From NCBI GenBank assembly GCA_004431415.1, contig QPMI01000279.1, forward strand, positions 2,567 through 66,566: a stretch of 64,000 bases of DNA, given 5' to 3'. The notes beneath the pieces were generated by a model. That model searched no databases, was not told the origin of the DNA, and saw nothing but the letters and a program-made list of their open reading frames with translations. Made by a program: the position numbers and the translations under genes. Source of the DNA: Cyanophora paradoxa CCMP329. Lineage: Eukaryota; Plantae; Glaucophyta. Shown piece after piece: positions 43,487-57,310 of the stretch. Numbering within the stretch: position 1 is the first letter of the stretch; each line of letters opens with the position of its first letter.

Positions 43487-44008
43487 CTTGCGACGGAGTC
43501 AATTGTTCGCGCCCATTGGGGGCGTGCGGAGCGGGCGCGAGCGTCGGCTGCGCCTAGAAATATCTTCAGCAGCTCGCGTGCAGTTCGTGCAGTGTGCGGC
43601 TGCTGCAATAGTGGAGGGTCTCGTGCGGGCCGGACCCTCGTTTGAACTTTCCGCGTGTCGTGTATAGAGGAGTGTCTACTTTCTGTTAGGTCGAAAAACG
43701 AAAATTCCGAGCGCTGGCCTGCTGCCGGGTTGGGCTATAGCTAGCTGTTTCTTCTCTCACGAAATAGGCGGCTGCGTAAGCGCGCGGCATTTTTCACCAT
43801 TTTTGCACATGTACACCTGACTCGACGAGCCCCCCCCGAAGTCCTCCAGGGGCCCCGAAGTCCTCCAGTGTCCCGAATCCCAGGAAACCATGCACTGCAG
43901 CTAGCTATATAGCCGGCGCGGGGGGCTCGGTTTGCGGCGGACCGTCGGAACATGTACAGAGAGGAGTCTATGTTACAGTACACGAGCGAACGAGGACGGC
44001 CGGGGAGG

Positions 44009-45986
44009 CTAGGCGAAGTAGTTGAGGGAGGCCTTCTTCTTGGCCTGGACCTGAGAGATGCCCTCCATAAAGTCCTCGTGCATGATCATCGTCGACTCCC
44101 TCCGGAGGGCGTTCATGCCGGCCTCCACGCAGACGGCCTTCAGCTGCGCCCCGTTGAAGTCGTCCGAGCACCGCGCGAGCTCCTCGAAGTTGACGTCTGC
44201 CGCAGAGGCTTGCGGGGCGCGAGTGTAGCGAGGGCGGGGGCGCGGGGGAGGGACGGCGCACCGGGGCTGCAGTTCATCTTGCGGGAGTGGATCTGCATGA
44301 TGCGGGCGCGGGCCTCCTCGGTGGGTAGCGGGAACTCGATCTTCCTGTCCAGCCGCCCGGAGCGCAGGAGGGCCGGGTCCAGAATGTCGACGCGGTTCGT
44401 CGCCGCGATGACCTTGATCCGCATGTCCGACGAGAAGCCGTCCAGCTGGTTCAGCAGCTCGAGCATCGTCCGCTGCACCTCGCGGTCGCCTGCGCGGGGG
44501 ACGTGACGACGAGCGATGAGGCGAGGCGCGAAGGCGCCGCACCGCTCAGCTCCGAGTCGAAGCGTTTCGTGCCGATGGCGTCCAGCTCGTCGATGAAGAT
44601 GATGGCCGGCGACTGGGGAGAACGGTCAAGGCTTCGGGGCGACCAGGGCGAAAGGCGATGTGCGGGCCGGACCTTCTCCTTCGCGAGGGCGAACGCGTCG
44701 CGGACCAGCTTTGCTCCATCTCCAATAAACATCTGCACGCAGCGCCCGGTCGGCTGAAGGCTCAATTCCCGGGAAAAAGAACGCGCTGCTGACCTGTACA
44801 AGTTGGGGGCCGGCGAGCTTCAGATAGCAAGCGTTCGTCTGCGCTGCGCATGCCCTCGCGAGCAGCGTCTTTCCGACACCGGGCGGGCCGTACAACAAGA
44901 CACCTGCGGCGGACAGGCCATCAGACGTGGGCTGAGGCGGAAAGCAAGTTAGGGCACCCACCCTTCGGGGGCTGAATGCCAATCTTATCGAACCGCTCTT
45001 TGTGCGTCATGGGCAGCACGACAGCCTCAATGAGCTCCTGGATCTGCTTGTCAAGCCCACCGACGTCGCTATACTCCTCTGTCGGCTTCTCGTCGACCTC
45101 CATCGCCTTCACGCGCGAGTCGTACCTGAGCAGGAGAAACGCGTCACTAGAGAGAATAAGAAAGTATAGCGTGAGGCTGAGCGCACTCCGCGGGCAGCGT
45201 GTCCAGGATGAGGTAGGAGTCCTTGTTCACGCCAACCAGGTCGCCAGGCTTTAGCTTTGTCGCATCGACGAGGCCCACGACTGGAAGGAAGATGGTCTGC
45301 ACGCGTGCGGCAACGTAGCGAGCGCAGCGTGAGGCTACAGCACCGGCGGCGGCGAAGGAACCAGAACAGGGGCACCTGTCTCGTGGAAGTCTTCAGCACG
45401 ACGCACTTCCCCTTGCGTTGCGAGTCCAAATCAACGTTAGCGCCATCCTCCTCGGCCTCATCTTCAGGATTGATGTCCAGGATCTGCGCAGGGCGGTCAT
45501 ACGCGGAGCGCACGAGCTGACAGCAGCGCAGGATGTGGACCTCGACGACGTTGCCGACCAGGTACGGCAGCTGCTTGTTGAGCTTGATCTTGTCATTGTT
45601 CTCCTTGATCTTCTCCTTCATGGCCTTCTGCTCGTGCGTGAGCCTCAGGTTCTCGTTCTTGTACACCTTGATCTCATTCTCCAGCAGGCGCGTGCGAACA
45701 ATGATGTCTTCTGCGCTTAGACTGCGCAAATGACATGCCGCTCAGCCGAAGAACCGAGCGCAATGGCGCGGCGGCCCAGTGCGCTTTCCTAGAGAGCGCT
45801 CCAAGCGCCTCCATTGGGGCGTACGCACCCCATAATCTCCGCTCCCAATTCGTCATCGCCACCGAAGATCTGCAAGATGGACACAGCGTGGGTTGCGCGG
45901 AGGGCTGTCATCAGGATGAGGGAGCTCGATGACCGGTACTCGCGCACCTCGTTTGCAGACAACGAAGCGCCGCTGGGCTTGGCCAT
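44009..45986 (-). CDS. PSMC3: 26S proteasome AAA-ATPase subunit RPT5 (6A)
   Basis: [114 protein letters not shown]. Confidence 0.97.
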
Positions 45987-46242
45987 GGCTAGCTGGGCGA
46001 GCGAAAAGATGCTGGTCTTGGGGTACGCGGTGAAACTCGCTTCGAACGCCGTCTAGCTCTGCGGACACCGGAAGCTTTTAAGCTCACTTCCACGGTCGTC
46101 TCTCTCTCTCTCTCTCTCTCTCTTGCTCCGTCGACGTCTCTCTCCGTGACTTGGTAGCCGCTCATACCTCAGCAAGCACAGCCTGTGCATACGAACGCCC
46201 CGTGCCCCGCAGTCACGGGGTCGGCGGCCGGCGTAAAGAACG

Positions 46243-47848
46243 ATGTTGAGGAGAAACTGGCACACGGCGGCCGCGCTCATGCTGCTGCTGCTGGCGGCGC
46301 TGCAGGCCATTGCGAGCGCCGCCGCTGACGACGCGCAAGCTTCGCGCGGGGCCCGTGCCGCGCGGAGAATCATCGCAGTGGGGTGCGGCTTCCGCTCAGA
46401 ATCGCTGCGGCCCTGCAACTAACTACACGAGCAGCGACTTGCACGCGGACCTAGAGCAGGCGCTGCGCGTTTTCAAGCTGGCCGGGGTCATAAACGAGGA
46501 GACCGACTGGGCGCTAGGGGCTGCAACGCTGGTGTTCACGGTCTGCTGATCCCCGCCGAGGCGCCCCTTGTGAGCCTCTCGTTATCGGTTTCTCAGGGAG
46601 ACATCACGGACCGAGGGGCGGATCTGGAAGCCTTGCAGGACCTCATTGTCAAGCTAGAGGGGCAGGCGAAGGAGGCAGGCGGGGCCGTTGTGCAGGTCCG
46701 GATCCGCCACGTGGACTGATTCCGCCAGCTTGGCTGCCGCGCAGCTGAGGCGCCCCTCGCGCAGCTCGCTGGCAACCATGACGTGATGAACTTGCAAGGT
46801 GACTGGCGATACGTGAGCGCGCGCGACCTCGAGGCGTTCGGAGGGCACGAGAATCGCACGCTGGCCCTTCTTCCGGACGCTCCCCTGGGCAGCCGCCTTC
46901 GCTCCCTCAAGCTGCTGCACGTCATCGGCGACGTCGTCTTCGTGCACGGCGGTCTCCACCCCTCCCTTGCCTCCCTTGTTCGCCCCCGCCCGCCCCACCG
47001 CCCCCTCCCGGCCCGGCGCGCTCTGCACTAGACGCTGCCCGCCGACGCCGGTGGTCCGCAGGGCGTGGAGGAGCTAAACGCGCAGCACGCGGGTCTCGCT
47101 CCGCTCCTCGGCGTGGGGGATCTCACCCCCGAGCAGCGCCGCGACGCAAGCGTACGCCCCGGCTCAAGCCAAGCACGCACCCCGCCCCTCCATCCCTTCT
47201 GAGGGCTAGCAGGCGCTGTACTCGGACTCGGGGCCGGTGTGGTACAGGGGGCACATCCTTGACAGCGAGGAGGAGGCGTGCCCCGTCCTCCAGCAGAGCC
47301 TCGACGCCCTTCAGGCCAGCTCCCTAGGGGCTCCGGGCAGCGCGAGTGCGGGGCGTTCTGACCCCGCATTCAGGTGAGGCGGATGGTGGTGGGCCACACG
47401 CGGCAGCCGGGGCGAATACTCACCCGCTGCGGGGCGCGCGTTATCTGCATCGACGGTGCGCCGCGCGCCGGTGCCCGCTGGGTCTTTGGCCCGCATGCCG
47501 CCGAAGCAGGGGCCGCGCAGTCGGGATCAACAGCAAGTACGGGGGCAACCAGGGGGCGCTGGAGATCGAGCAGGACGCGGATGGGGTGACGCTCTCCGTT
47601 CGCGCCATCTACCCCGCCGGGCGCGAGGACCTTCCCGAGGCTGCGGCGGGTGCGCCCTGCGATGCCGCCAGCTGGGGGGAGCGGGAGCTGTGAGCGGCGC
47701 TGGCCAACCTCCAGGCTCCCGCTCGCGAACCGCCCCAGGTACCTCGGCGGTGATCCTCTTGACAGCCCTCAAGGCTCTCGTCTCGCTGGCCATCGCCGCA
47801 AGTGTCGGCGTCGCCGTGTGGGCAATGAAATCAGCATCGATATCGTAG
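46243..47848 (+). CDS. Shewanella-like (Shelph/SLP) calcineurin-like metallophosphoesterase with signal peptide and probable C-terminal TM
   Basis: Signal peptide LMLLLLAALQAIASA. Motifs DLHAD, GDITDRG, GNHDVMN, FVHGG, GPVWYRG, RMVVGHT, ICID|VG. Confidence 0.87.
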
Positions 47849-48785
47849 CTCAGGTTAGGCAGTCGATCGCCCTCATCAGATTCCTGAGTCAAAGAAATCG
47901 AATGCGAACAAGGTATATATTTGGTGGAATGTTCGTATACCGTGCAGCAGCAGCTGGCCTAGCTACAGAGCTATAACTTGGTGGCCTGCGGCCAAAAGGT
48001 CGGCGCTAGCCGTTCTTGCTTGAGCTTTGAGCTTGAGCTCGATCTTGAGGCTCGCGATGAAGTCTGATGGTTTGAGCATAGAGCTTGAGCTCAAGCCGCA
48101 AAGCCTGTGCTCAAGCGCAACGCGCTTGACGGCGAGCCAAGAGGCTTAATGTAGAGCTCGAGCTTGAGCTCGAGTTTGAGCTCCATGGCCAGCTCGACCG
48201 GCTTCCTGTTATTACCGAGTATCCCGTCACTCGCGATCGATGTCTGTGCATGCTGTGCATGCGCAACGAGTCGCTTCTCTCCTTGCGCGCGGGGGCGTCC
48301 TCGAGCACTCAGTGACTGAGCATGTCGGGCATCAACTACATCTACGATTTAGATATTTGAACGCGTTTCGGAGCTCCCACCGTGCCCGTATCGCGCAGAC
48401 GAGTCGCACACACATCGCGATCAGCAATTTTTTAGGCGAAGGCCTGTTTTTACGTGTAACTTAGTAATCGCGTCTTTCGACGGCCACGCTTTCGGATCTG
48501 AGAAAACGGTCTTGAGATATTGACCTCCTCTACTCTTTGAACGCGATTCCTGTTCGTCTGGTTCGTTCCTAGTCGAGTGCGCTCTTGCCAAAGAATTTGT
48601 ATGAGAGCCATGAACTTAGAAGCAATTAACGGCTAGCGCCGAAAAAAGTGTCCAGGGGGGTACAGGGCTCGCAATCCGTACTGAAAAACGGCCGGCGGGC
48701 CACGCTAGCGCTGTCTAACGTGTGCATCATGATGCCAGCACTGGTTTGGGCTTTGTAGCAAGCAACAGATTCCAGAGCAACCGCG

Positions 48786-51700
48786 ATGTCGCTGGCCGCG
48801 GTGGTTGCTCTGAAGCTGCGGGCCGCGGCCGCTGCCCAGGCTGAGGAGCAGCGATCTTTAGAAGCACAGCTGATTCCCGCCGCCCTGCCGAACAGCACCG
48901 TTGGTTTCGAGGGCCCCGTGCCGACGGCGAAATCCGTCAGCGAAGCGAACGCTAGCGATGCAGGCAATGGTGCGAGTTCGTGCTTCGGGCCGGCCATCGT
49001 CGCGCCCGAAGCCGTGCCTGCAGAAGCCCCGGGAGGGCACGTCGAGGACGGAAGCACATGGACGAAATACTTGGTTGAGAACAGCATGCTCACTCTTTCG
49101 CATCGTTTCAAAGATTCGGAGACAGAAGAGCGTTACCGCGAGTGGCACACCCAGGTTCGCGGCTCGCATGTGCAGTCGCGACTAGCCTGACCCGCCCGCC
49201 CCTGCGCTGCGCAGAGACATTTGTCTATTGTCCGGATAGCGACGATGTGGGGCATCCCGTTCCATTGCCTGCTGAACCTGGGTGCGTTGCCTTCTGCCGG
49301 CGGAACGGCCGTCGTTGCTCTAGCGTCCGCGGGCCAGCTTCGCGCTGCGCGACTTGCGCCATCCAGCTAACGCATGCTTACGTTCGCAGCGCTTATGTTC
49401 AAGTCTCCGGCGGAGGACCGAATCCTGATTCTCGTGTCGCAGTCCATCCCGCTGGCCATCACTCTGATACTGATCGTGATGCTCCTCTGGCTGAAGGACA
49501 AGCTTAAGTGGCATCGCTGGCAGCAGATAATCCTCGCACTCGTCCTGATGTCGTACGGCGCCGCCGGCCTCTTTCTTGCCGTCATAGTCGGCCCCGCGCG
49601 AGCCGGCGGCATGCGTATGTACTACGCCTCGACGTGCTGCATCGGTGCGGTCACCGTGCCGCGCGCCCTCGCCGCTCGCGCCGCCGCTCACGCGCGGCGG
49701 CGCAGGGGTCCTCTCGTCGAATGTGTTCCACCTGAGCGCGCGCCTCGTGCTCCTAGTTCTCGTCTCCCTGTGGGCGCCCCTCTGGATCTGGGGTGCGCGA
49801 AATCGTCGGGGGCGCTCTGCGCCGCGCGTGCTGAACCGGGGACGCAGGCCCGCTCTACCCGTTCACGGTGACGCTGCACGAGTTCTTCAGCCAGGCGCTG
49901 CTGATGGTCTTCCTGGTCATCGTCGTCACCAGCGCGTGGGGCAGTGATCGCCGCCACCGCGCCGAGTACACCAACGTCCACACCATGCAGTCCAGGGTCC
50001 GCTCCGCCCCGCCCCGCCCCGCCCCGCCGCGCTGACGCGGCGCAGTTGCGGACGGCGTCCCGGAAGAACCAAGAGCTGCACCGGCAGCTGGTCAGCCTGC
50101 AGCAGATGGAGCTCGCCGGGCGCCAGGCCGTCGACGGCGTCGATTTCGACTCTCCGTGCGTCGGGGCCCCGCCGGGCGCGCGAACGGCGCCGCTGAGGCC
50201 GGCACAGGCTGGACAAGGCGATCGGGATGCTTGATGACCTGCGGACGAATCTCGCGGCGCGCTTCGGGGCGCTCGCCGGTGCCCGCGCCGCCCGCGGCGA
50301 CGGGGATAGCGGCGAGGAGGACGAGGACGCGACGCTGCTCGGGATGAGCGAGGTCGACGGTGCGCTGCGGCGCGCGGCGGGCGGCGCGTCTCCCCCGGGC
50401 CTCACTCGGCGGGCGGCAGCGGCGTACGTGTCGGTGATCGACCAGGTCATCACGATGCTGCTGGGGAGCAGCCAGATGCACGTGCCGGACCTCGCCCAGC
50501 AGGCACGCGTCGCCCCTCGCGCGCGCCCCGCCTGGGCGGCCGGCGAGCGGGCGCCGGCAGGTGCGGGACGGGACGCTGCAGCTGGACCGGGAGATGAGCC
50601 GCTGGCTCTTCTCGGAGATCGCCCCGGGGCAGCTCATCTCGGACCACGGTGAGGGCTTCGAGAACTACGAGGAGGAGCCGCAGGGGAGCGGCGGCGTCGA
50701 GGGCGACGAGAACCGCGGCCGCGCCCGCCCCGGCATTCGCCGCCTCTCCGTCAGCGACGCCTTCGGCCGCACGCCCTCGCCCCAGAGCGGCTCGCACAGC
50801 CCCTCGGCCGGCGACCGGCACCTCCTCTCCGCGCCGGCGACGCCGCACGGCTCGGACGGCGGCTCCCGGGTAACCCTCTCCATGCCGGCCCTCAACGCCG
50901 CCGCGGCCGCCGCGGCGAGCCTGCAGCACACGAACTCGGCCGGCGCCGCCATCGCTGGCGGGGCGCGCCCGCCGAACCTCGGGACGATCACGCGGCACCA
51001 GCGCGGCTCCTTCTCGCAGGGCAACCCGATGCCCGGAGCGCGCCAGATGCACCGGCCGCCGTCGCAGGGCCACCTCCCGACCGCGGCCGAGCTCGCAGCG
51101 CTGCACGCGGCGGCGGCGGCGGCGGCTGCGGCGCCGGCGCCGCGGGCGCTGCCGACGTACGACGAGGCGGCGCTGGCGAAGCACCTGGAGAAGCTGGGCG
51201 AGTGGGAGGCCTTCGACATCTTCGAGGTGGCGGAGCGCGCGAACGGCTGCATCCTCGCCGCCGTCCAGCTCTCCCTCTTCCGCCGCCACGGCCTCCTCCA
51301 CGAGTTCCACCTCGACGAGAAGAAGGCCCGCCCGCCCGCCCGCCGCAGCGCCCCTCCCCGCTGCCTCTGACCGCACGGCAGCTCCTCTCTTGGTTCCTCA
51401 CCATCGGCTCCGGCTACCGCGAGTCCAATCCTTACCACAACCAGGCGCCCCGCGCCGCCCGCCCGCCCTCGCGCCGGCCGCTCACGCGCACCGCTAGATC
51501 CACGCCGCCGACGTCTCCCAGTCGTTCGAGGTCATCCTCCAGCGCGGCCTCGCCAAGTGCGGCCCCGCCCGCCCCCTCCGCCTGCTCCGCCGCGGGCCGC
51601 TCTGAGGCGGCCGGGGCAGGCACCTGACGAAGCTGGACCTCCTCGCTGCCTTCATCGGCGTCGCCATCCACGGTCCGCCGGCCCGGTCGCCCCGCCGGCC

Positions 51701-53607
51701 CTCGCCCGCCCCGCTGACCCCTCCCTCGCAGACTACGAGCACCCGGTGGGCCCCCAAGCGAGGGCCCCGGGGCCGCACGCCGCTGAGCTGACGGGCGCTT
51801 TGGCGCAGGGCCTGAACAACAACTTCCAGGTGACGACGGGCTCGCCGCTCGCCATCCTCTACAACGACCGCTCGCCCCTCGAGTCCCACCACGTCGCCGT
51901 GCGGCCAAGCCCCGGCCTCTCGTCCGGCTCGCCCGGGCGCCCCGCTGAGCGCGGGGGGGCGCAGGCGGCGTGGCGCTCGATCCGGGAGCCGCAGCACGAC
52001 TTCCTGCGCTCGCTGCCCAAGAGCCAGTACCGCGAGCTCCGCCGCCTCGTCATCGACATGGTGCCCCCCCCCCCCCCCCCCCCCCCGGGGCACGCCCCGC
52101 GCCGCCCCAGCCCCGCTCACCCCGCCGCCCCCGCCAGGTCCTCTCCACCGACATGGTACCCGGCCTCGGAGGGGCCCTCGCCCGCCGGCCGGCCGGCCCG
52201 CGCTGAGGCCGCCGGGGCGCGCAGACGCAGCACTTCGAGGTGCTGGGCCACTTCAAGCAGCGCGCCGCCGTCAAGTTCCGCTCCGACGCCGGCGCGCACC
52301 CCGTCTTACCCGTCCTGTCGCCCCCTCCCGCCCCGTCTGAGCCCCCCGTCTCTGCAGACGCCGCGAAGGAGGCGGCCAAGGAGGAGGCGTCCGGCAAGCG
52401 CGGCGGGCGCGACCTCAAGACGGCGGCCAAGGCGCGCCCGCCGCGCTCGCTGCACTCCAGCTCTGCACTGAATCTTGGGCGGGGGCGCAGTCGGTGCTGG
52501 CGAGCGTGCGGATGCGGCGGGTGAGCTCGCGGAACCTGCGGCCTTCGTCGACGGTCGATGTCGCAAGCCAACGGGGCCTCGAGGCGCAGGCGCTGGGCGG
52601 CACCTTCAGCCTCAAGCAGGAGGCCGCCTCCATCGCGCGCTCGGCGAGCAGCGGGCACATCCCCGGCTCCGTCGCCGACCGCGCCGCCCAGGCCCTCGCC
52701 GAGATCAACCGCGCCTCGTGCGCCCCCGCAGCCCTGCCCCGCCCCGCCCCGCGCCGGCGCCGGCGCGACGGGGCGGGGCGGGGCGGCAGGTCGGCGGGCG
52801 AGGCGGGGCACGAGCCGGAGTGCCTGTTGCCGCCGGCCGAGGAGCTCGACGCCGACTCGCGCCGCCTCCTCGTCTCCACCGCCATGAAGGCCGGCCCCGC
52901 TCCCCGCCCCGCGCTCCCGCGCCGCCCTGCAGGCGGTCTGAGAGCGGCGGCTGCAGTGCGTGGACATCGGGCACGTCGCCAAGCCGATCGAGCTGCACAA
53001 GGAGTGGACCCGCCGCGTCCAGGACGAGTTCTTCGCCCAGGCGCGCCCCCCGGGCCCTCCCGCCCGCCCCGGCCCTGCCCCCTGAGCCACCCGCGCAGGG
53101 CGACCGCGAGCGGCAGCTCGGCCTCCCCATCTCCCCCTTCAGTGCGCCCCGCAGCGCACGCGTGCCCGCCCCCTCGGCGCCGGCCGCCTGAGCGCTGCGC
53201 AGTGGACAGGCAAACCACGCAGCTGGAGTCCTCCCAGATCGGCTTCTGTGCGCCGCCCGGGCCGGGCCGCCCCGCGCCGCGCGCCGTGCACTGCCTGATT
53301 GCGGCTGCGGCAGGCGACTTCATCGTCTTCCCGCTGTTCAACGCGTGGGCCTCCGTCTTTCCCTCCGCCGGCGAGCTACTGCTTCGCGGCGTCCAGGTGC
53401 CGGCCGCGCCGCTCCGCGGGGCCGGCGCCGGCTGAGCGGCCGGCAGCGCAACTACGCGTACTGGAAGGAGCGCAAGGCGGAGGCGGACGCCAAGGCGGCG
53501 GCGGCCGGGGGCACGGGGACGAGCCCCGACAAGGGCCCCGCCGGCGCCCTTGCGAGCCCCCGCGCGCGCTCGTCGAGCCTGGGGGCGGGCGGGAGCCCGC
53601 GGGGGCC

Positions 53608-53645
<38 letters not shown>

Positions 53646-53683
53646 CTAGCCCGCGGGCGGCGGCCACGACAAGCAGTGCCTAG
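48786..53683 (+). CDS. Multi-TM class I 3',5'-cyclic nucleotide phosphodiesterase
   Basis: N-terminal LSHRFKDSETEERY plus ~5-6 hydrophobic segments. Catalytic NPYHNQ|IHAADV, AIH|DYEHP|GLNNNF, YNDRSPLESHH, STDM, CVDIGH, EFFAQ|GDRERQLGLPISPF, SQIGF. Confidence 0.9.
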
Positions 53684-56600
53684 AGACACTTAGTAGGCGC
53701 GTAGGACGCACTAGGGCAGGACAGCGCGCTGCGGCGCCCCGCAGCGGTAGGAGGTAACTCTTCGCATGTTTCATCAAACGCAGGCTTTCTTTCATCCGCA
53801 GCGACGTGCGAGGGGGCGGGGGCGAGAGGGGTCCAAGTCGAAGGGGCAGGTGCAAGGTGATCGGATGGGGATAGAGCAGGAAGTCGGATGGAGCGAGGAG
53901 GTTCGACGAAGAGATCGGGTGCGGGCGCGCGCGTCGTCGCGAGGGGAAGGGGGGCCAGTCGGGTGGCCGGTGACTCGTCAGCGGGACTCGCGGAGGCGGA
54001 GGAAAGGGTCGGAGCGGACGAGGGCAAGCCAGTCGGAGGAGCCCCTCGCCGCCGCTGCCGCCGCCGCCGGCGAGCTGCGCGCGCATGTGAGCCGCTGCCG
54101 GCCTTGGATGGTGGGAGGGGGCGGGCGCACGGGGGGGCGGGGGCCTCGGGGGGGCCGTGGCCCTGGCCGTGGCCCGGGGCGGCGGGGTCGGGCTTGGGGG
54201 CGCCGAGGGCCTCGAGGAGGTCCCACGTGGCGGCGTCGCGCGGGTGCGGGGCGGCGGCGAGGGCCTTCGCCCCCACGAGGCGCGTCTCGATGAAGGCCCA
54301 GTACTCGGCCGCCAGCGAGACGGGCAGGTCCATCCCCCGGTTGCTCGCCGAGACGGTGAGCGTGAGGGACGAGGGGTCCGCCTCGGAGACCTCCCCGTTG
54401 GGCGTGTCGAACCCGAGGCGCCGCAGGATGCGCTCCGACTCAGTCCGGTTGCGCAGCCGCCGCCGCGCGTCGTCCCCGGGGCCCCCGAAGAATGACCCCT
54501 CGATCTCGAAGGCGAAGCAGACCTGGTCCGGGGCCGGCGGGCCCGGCGCCTCCCCGCCCTCCTCCCGCTTGACGGCGGCGGGGGCGTGCGCCGGGCCGGC
54601 GGGGCCGGCGGGGCCGCGGGAGTACTTGTAGAGGAAGCGCGCCATCTCCTCCACGAGGCGCCGCGCGATGCGGTTCAGGCCCCGCGCGTCCACCGCCGCC
54701 TTCACCAGCTGCCGCCCCCGCGCCCCCTCAGCCCGGCCCGCGGCGGCGCGCCGGGGCCGGCCGGCAAGGGCGCGGGCGGCGCTCACCCGCTCGAGCTGGG
54801 CGCGGCGCAAGGGGAGCTCGCGGGCCTCGTACTGGCCGGCGCGCAGCTCGCGGACGGTCTCGAAGGGGGTCGGCTCGAGGGTGACGCGCCCGGCGGGGTC
54901 GACGGAGCGGGCGAGGCCGAGGCCGGCGGCGAAGGGCCGCGCCACCTCCGCCTCGAGCTGCACCGCGCAGCCGCGGTACAGCCGCTCCAGCACGCGGCAC
55001 ACCGTCTCGCTCCACACCCGCTCCACCAGCCTGCGCCCCCGCCGTCGGCGGCGGGGCGGGGCGCGAGGCGGCGCAGGTGGCCCTCCGCACCTGCGCCGGG
55101 CCTCCTTCTCCTCGGGCCCGCCCGGTGGCGGGGCGGGGAGGAAGAGGGGCGGGGAGCCGCCCTCCGGGGCGAGATCAAAGACGGCAGCCGGGGAGGGCGG
55201 GAATGGAGCCCCACAGGAGAGGATCAGGCGGGCGCGCAGCGGCGGCTTCGACGGGTCCCCCTCGTCCCGCAGCTCGCACAGCTCGCCTGCGCGCGCCTCG
55301 CAAGGAGCGCGAGCGCAGGGAAGAGCCGCGCACCCTCGCGCATGCCGCGGACGATGACTTCAGCCCCCGCCCCGAGCTCGGGCATCGCTGCCGGGGGTGA
55401 GAGGGGCGGCAGGGACGGCGCGGGGGGGGCCAGGCGGGCGCACGAGGCTCGAAGCCCGGGGAGAGAAGGCGGCGGCGGGGGTGGGACCCCGGCACCAGCA
55501 CCTCCACTGCGGAGGGCTCAGCGGCCGGCGGCGCGGCGCACACGGGGGTCGGCGCACCGCAAAGGGCGTTGGAGGGCTTCGGCGGGTCCCCGCGCCCGTT
55601 CACGAGGATGCGCTTGGAGATGGGGATGGCCTGCAGGGGGCGGTGGTCCTGCCCCTGAGCCGCCTCTGCGCGGCGGCAGGGTGAGGCCGGGGGCGAGGGG
55701 AAGGAGGGGGGCGCACCCTCGGGCTCCAGGAGGGCCTCGAAGGGTGCGGGGCCGCACTCGGAGACGGCGCGGACGTTGGCGGGGGCGAGGAGCGCGGCGG
55801 GGACGCCCGGCAGCTGCGCGTTGTGGAAGATGCGGCGGTGCGCGATGACGACGCGGCGCAGGGGCGGGCGCGAGCCCGGCCACGCCGGCACCGCCTCGGC
55901 CGGCGGCTCCGCCTCCGCCGCCACGACCGAGCCGACGAGGGCGACGCGGACGCGGGCGGGGCGCGTGGCCGGCGGGCTCGCCGGGGGCGGCGGGGCGGGC
56001 TGGCCGGGGCCGGGGGGCGGGGCGGGGTCGGGGAGGGCCTGGACGCCCCAGACGAGGAGGAGGAGGTCGCGGGGGGCCAGGGCGGCGAGCTCGCCGGGGA
56101 CCTCCGCCTCGACGGCGCCCGTGAGGTACGAGAGCGCCAGCCGCGCCTTGTGCTCGTGCGTGTACGGCATCCGCACCGCAAAGTACCGCTGCGCCTCCCG
56201 CTCCGCCCCGGGCCCCCCCGCCCGCCCCTTCCGCCGCTTCCCCGCCCCCTGCGCCGCCTTCCCCGCAGTCAGAGCTCCAGCGCGGGACGCCGGCCCCCGG
56301 CCGCGGGGCGCCGGGCGGCGGGGGGATCGGAAGGGAATGGGAGAGGGTGGGGGGAAGGAGAGGGAGAGGGGGGGGCGGGCCTTGGCACAGGGGCCGCAGA
56401 GGAAGTCGGCAGAGGGCCGCGAGAGCGGCGGGACGAGGCAGTAGCAGTGCCAGGCGGCGCCGCAGGCCCCGCAGCATACGAACGACTCCGTTTCGTTGAT
56501 CCCCTCGCACGCCTGGCACGCCTGCGCCCGCGCCGCTCGCCGGCAGGCGCCCCCGGCTGCGGCGGGCCATGCGTACCAACGCGTCCGATGCGGAGCTGCC

Positions 56601-57062
56601 CTGCGACTTCGCGCTTCCGCTCGGGCGCTGCGGGCGGCATCAACGGCGGCTTCGCGGCGCCGTGTGAGCGCGGCGGCGCGCCTTCGGCTTCGGGGCCCTC
56701 CCTCGCTTCCGCTTCGTAAGGGGCCGGTCGTCGTCGTCATCGGGCGGGGGAGCGGCCGGCGCAGGCGCGGCCTGCCACTCCTCCTCGGGCGCGTTGCACG
56801 CGACTGCAGCGAGCGCCTCGTCCCACCTGCGCGGCCTAAGCAAGCGCAGCAGCGGCGGAACCGGAGCGCGACCGCGCTCACCAGGTGTCCGAGCATTTCC
56901 AAGTGTCTGGTAGCGAGCTTGGCTCCACGTCCGACGGCAGCCTCCGCCATCTGGCCGGGAGAAGCTGAGCGGCGCATCGATCGGGGAGCGCGGGAGCATG
57001 GCGCACTTCCCGCAGCCATCGCACTGCACCCAGTTCAGTTCCGCGCCGGCGGCGCCCTCCAT
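53680..57062 (-). CDS. Chromatin reader with zf-CW and PHD fingers plus unknown C-terminal domain
   Basis: LNWVQCDGCGK ... WDEALAAVACNAPEE (CW). ACQACEGINETESFVCCGACGAAWHCYCLVPPL...FLCGPC (PHD). KRKRGRAPK basic motif. Confidence 0.75.
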
Positions 57063-57310
57063 ATTCCAGCAGCGCTAGGTCTCGACAATCGATACCCCTT
57101 CCGCGGCCCCGTCGATTTCCTTGACTCGCGGGTTCGAATCTTGGCTTGCTCCCTCTCCCTCAATCGAGCTCTCTCGATCCATAGATCGACATCTTGCTCG
57201 AATCGGCCCGCAGTGCCCCGCACCCCAGAGGCGCACAGCGGAGCGTGCACAGCTGCGCCCGAGGTCGGTTATCGTTGCACCATCGAGCGCTGCGCCCGAG
57301 GTCGGAACTC

